From Promethearchaeia archaeon (GTDB taxonomy: Archaea; Asgardarchaeota; Lokiarchaeia; Sigyniarchaeales; SOKP01), in contig JAWOFX010000061.1 of assembly GCA_046497275.1 (NCBI GenBank), positions 1 through 32,000 of the forward strand: a stretch of 32,000 bases of DNA, in the 5' to 3' direction. A program made the position numbers and the translations under genes. Below the pieces are notes generated by a model. That model was not told the DNA's origin, did not search any database, and saw nothing but the letters and a program-made list of their open reading frames with translations. This document shows, one piece after another, positions 29,205 to 32,000 of the stretch (position 1 is its first letter; each line of letters opens with the position of its first letter).

Positions 29205-29840
29205 CTATTTAACTTCTGAATTCACTAATGAGACTGCTTTTTCCACTCTACTTTTAATTTCATCAAAATTCTTCGAAGAGATCAAATCCTTTTTGACTAA
29301 CCAGCTCCCTCCACAAGAAAATACATTTTCGAGTTTAAGATATTCGATTAAAGTTTCATTTCCTACGCCTCCAGTAGGCATAAATTTCACATGTGGATAT
29401 GGTCCCGAAAATGTTTTTAGCATATTTATTCCACCCGATAGATTAGCGGGAAAAAACTTAAAATGATTTAATCCTCTTTCAATGCCCCACTCTATAAAGG
29501 AAGGGGAATTTATTCCTGGGCAAATAACAATATCTTTCTTGATACAATAATCAACCACCGTGGGATTGAACCCAGGAGTTACAATGAATTCAACTCCAGC
29601 TTTTATTGCATCTTTTATTTGTTCAATAGTTAAAATTGTTCCAGCTCCAACTAATAGATTAGGAAATTCCTTTCTTAATCTTAAAATAGAATCTGCGGCT
29701 GCTTTTGTTCGGAAAGTAATTTCTACGATTGGAAGACCGGCATCCATGAGAGTTTTTCCGAGTGGAATCGAATTTTCCGAATCCTCAATAACTGCCACAG
29801 GTACAATTTTTAATTCTGTAATTTTTTTGATAATATTCAT
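29205..29840 (-). CDS. eda: KDPG/KHG aldolase (bacterial Eda type)
   Basis: VEITFRT, VGAGT, FIVTPG, FKFFPA (Schiff-base Lys), FMPTGGV, CGGSWL. Confidence 0.92.
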   Translation of the reverse strand: MNIIKKITELKIVPVAVIEDSENSIPLGKTLMDAGLPIVEITFRTKAAADSILRLRKEFPNLLVGAGTILTIEQIKDAIKAGVEFIVTPGFNPTVVDYCIKKDIVICPGINSPSFIEWGIERGLNHFKFFPANLSGGINMLKTFSGPYPHVKFMPTGGVGNETLIEYLKLENVFSCGGSWLVKKDLISSKNFDEIKSRVEKAVSLVNSEVK

Positions 29841-29914
29841 TTTTCATAGAGATTATTTTAAAAATTTTTTTTAGTTTTTAAAGAAAAGATTTTAGACAAT
29901 TAGAAGTAATATGA

Positions 29915-30172
29915 TTAATATAATTTATAAAAGGAAGGCATATAATATTTACATTTTGAAGGGTTCAGATTTTCAGATTCTTTAGGATATTTTTGAACGA
30001 TTTTACAAGAAGATTTCAATGCATAATCATTTTTTTGAGATCCTTCTGAATCTTCATCTAAGATTTTATCAATGTTTTGGATCATCTTCTCACTATTTTC
30101 TATACACGCTCCACAAGAAGAGTTTTTTATAAAATGTGCACAAGTAAAACATTGAAGTTCATTCTGAGACAT
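29915..30172 (-). CDS. Small Cys-rich hypothetical protein, possibly metal-binding
   Basis: 85 aa with CFTC, CGAC and two further Cys; sole long ORF in its gap. Confidence 0.6.
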   Translation of the reverse strand: MSQNELQCFTCAHFIKNSSCGACIENSEKMIQNIDKILDEDSEGSQKNDYALKSSCKIVQKYPKESENLNPSKCKYYMPSFYKLY

Positions 30173-30461
30173 ATTTTTATATTTATTAATCGAAATTTAA
30201 AATTTATAGTTTTTATCTATAAATATCAAAAGTAATTACAAATTGATAAATTTCAATGAGAGAATTTCAAATCAGAATTAAAAGATTAAGAAAGCTATAA
30301 AAAAATTTTAATAGAGTTTCATAGGAATTCAATCAGAATATAATTTGTAGAAATATAAAATATTATAATTAAAAAATCAAGTTTAGTTTCGAATAAAATA
30401 GAGAAATTTTTAAAATATATAATATTTCAAGATATTAAATAAACTGAATGGATTTATAATC

Positions 30462-30575
30462 ATGAAAATACTTGTAAACATCAATAAGAGCAGCATAATG
30501 CATTCAAATTGGGCGCTCTTAAAATCCTTAAGTTTATTGTTATATCTCTTAAACTTGTTTTTATTATTATTATAA
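30462..30575 (+). CDS. Putative leucine-rich leader peptide (37 aa; alternative start ATG 30498, 25 aa)
   Basis: MKILVNINKSSIMHSNWALLKSLSLLLYLLNLFLLLL*, with 13 Leu in the last 19 codons. It ends 95 nt before the leuA/cimA start. Below the ORF-track cutoff. Confidence 0.5.
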   Translation: MKILVNINKSSIMHSNWALLKSLSLLLYLLNLFLLLL

Positions 30576-30670
30576 AAAACCTTCGGATGTTCTGTAAGGA
30601 TAAAAAGTTCTAATTCCTATGAACAAAAGAAGGTGATAAATATAAATTAATCACAAATAGGTAAATTAAA

Positions 30671-32000
30671 GTGACAGAAAAGGAAAATGAAGTAAATGTT
30701 TCGATGATGATGGGAAAATTGAAGAAAAATCTAAATCTTCCTAAGAAAGCGTATTTCTTTGATACCACTCTTCGCGATGGAGAGCAAACTCCCGGAATTA
30801 GTTTTACTCATGAAGAAAAGCTTTCTATTGCTCAAGCTCTCGATAAATTAGGGATAGATGTTATTGAAGCTGGCTTTCCTGTTATTTCTGAAGGAGATTT
30901 TGCAGCTTGTAAAGATATTGCAAAATTAGGATTGAATTCTGAGGTGATTGGTCTAGCTCGCTTGAAAAAATTAGATATTGATAAAGTAATTGACGCAGAT
31001 ATGGATAGCATCCATGTATTTATTGCCACTTCAGACCTTCATATGGATAAAAAATTGAATATGACACGACAAGAAGTCTTGGATAGTATTGAAAACTATG
31101 TTACCTACTCGAAAGAACATTTTGATACTGTGCTATTTTCTGCTGAAGATGCTACGCGATCTGATTTAGATTTCTTGATAAAAGCGAATCAAATTGCTGT
31201 TGAGAATGGAGCAACTCGTATTAATATCCCAGACACAGTTGGAACCATAAGCCCATACGCGTTTGGATACATTGTAAGAAAAAATTATAACGTATTACCA
31301 AAAAATGTACGAATTGCTGTACACTGTCATAATGATTTTGGGCTTGCAGTTGCTAATACAATAGCTGGATTCGAAAATGGTGCTTCAGAAGCACAAATAA
31401 CGATTATGGGATTAGGGGAACGCGCAGGAAATGCTTCATTTGAAGAGACAGCAATGTCTTTGTGTGCTTTATATCAAATTCCAATGAATATAAATTCCAG
31501 ATTAATTTTCCCAACTGCTAAGCTGGTTGAAAGTTACTGTGGAGGAAAAATTAGAATAGGAAGATTAAAACCATTGATCGGTCAGAATGCATTCGCACAC
31601 GAATCTGGAATCCATGCACATGCTATGATACAAGATGCCAGAGCATACGAGCCAATTACACCTGAATTGATAGGAATTAAACGAACGGACGATGTTGAGC
31701 AAATTATAAAAAATTCGATTAGATTGGGAAAACATTCAGGAGGGCATGCGCTCAAAGCAAAATTAAAAGATTTAGTTATTCAAACTACTGGAGATCAGTT
31801 TAAAAAAATCTTCGAGCATGTGAAAAGTTTTGGAGATAAGGGGCATGAAGTTCAAGAAGAGGATTTTTTAGCAATTGTAAAAGATGTGATGGGGGAATTA
31901 CCGAAAAAGGAGCAATTTGTAATTCTGGATGAACTTACTGTTTTAACAGGATCTGTTACCCCCACTTCTACTGTTCGTTTGAAAATACGAAATAATGGAA
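30671..32000 (+). CDS. leuA: 2-isopropylmalate synthase/(R)-citramalate synthase family (LeuA/CimA), partial at 3' end
   Basis: Missing from the track. Translation from GTG 30671: FDTTLRDGEQTPG, IEAGFP, SAEDATRSD, IPDTVG, VHCHNDFGLAVAN, GLGERAGNA, FAHESGIH, LGKHSG, then the start of a C-terminal regulatory domain. LeuA versus CimA cannot be resolved. Confidence 0.85.
   Translation, partial: MTEKENEVNVSMMMGKLKKNLNLPKKAYFFDTTLRDGEQTPGISFTHEEKLSIAQALDKLGIDVIEAGFPVISEGDFAACKDIAKLGLNSEVIGLARLKKLDIDKVIDADMDSIHVFIATSDLHMDKKLNMTRQEVLDSIENYVTYSKEHFDTVLFSAEDATRSDLDFLIKANQIAVENGATRINIPDTVGTISPYAFGYIVRKNYNVLPKNVRIAVHCHNDFGLAVANTIAGFENGASEAQITIMGLGERAGNASFEETAMSLCALYQIPMNINSRLIFPTAKLVESYCGGKIRIGRLKPLIGQNAFAHESGIHAHAMIQDARAYEPITPELIGIKRTDDVEQIIKNSIRLGKHSGGHALKAKLKDLVIQTTGDQFKKIFEHVKSFGDKGHEVQEEDFLAIVKDVMGELPKKEQFVILDELTVLTGSVTPTSTVRLKIRNNG

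Noticed and set aside
30576-30670. Classical Rho-independent attenuator hairpin after the Leu-rich leader
   Set aside because: Only 4-5 bp weak stems and no following U-tract, so a bacterial-style terminator/antiterminator is not supported.
6394-31029. Short track ORFs antisense or out of frame within long genes (e.g. 6958-7212, 11766-12089, 14205-14468, 21030-21305, 26873-27301, 29560-29874, 30832-31029)
   Set aside because: Wholly or almost wholly nested in well-supported CDSs, with no protein-like motifs. 30832-31029 is merely antisense to leuA.
1-32000. CRISPR arrays, tRNA/rRNA genes, long tandem repeats
   Set aside because: No regularly spaced repeats or recognisable structural RNA sequences seen by eye. 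Intergenic gaps are short and AT-rich; a covariance-model scan was not possible.

Overview
AT-rich archaeal window, most consistent with an Asgard (Lokiarchaeia-like) genome. This is inferred from GGTGA/GGAGG ribosome-binding sites, two longin-like domains and typical membrane histidine kinase and Fe-S/FAD gene content. Contents in order: partial MetE-like gene, orphan membrane histidine kinase, membrane protein, a complete IS1634-family element (TIRs and 5-bp TSD), an unusual ABC-2 operon, glpAB, a PCMH/VAO-like flavoprotein with a CCG-type Fe-S partner, a GT4 glycosyltransferase, a URO-D-family protein, a large surface protein with a longin-like tail, an Fe-ADH, a KDPG/KHG aldolase, a small Cys-rich protein and a partial leuA/cimA gene. 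Three signals stand out. (1) A 32-nt hairpin insertion splits the first ABC ATPase at its DEPTT|GVD motif. It folds into a near-canonical bulge-helix-bulge, and removal at the canonical BHB cut sites restores the frame exactly, so it is a candidate archaeal mRNA intron. (2) An unannotated 37-codon leader ORF with 13 Leu in its last 19 codons lies just upstream of leuA/cimA, a candidate leucine-sensing attenuator or uORF. (3) The ABC operon's other ATPases are fused to an extracellular prenyltransferase-repeat domain and to a UEV/RWD-like domain (catalytically dead ATPase). No rRNA, tRNA or CRISPR array was seen.
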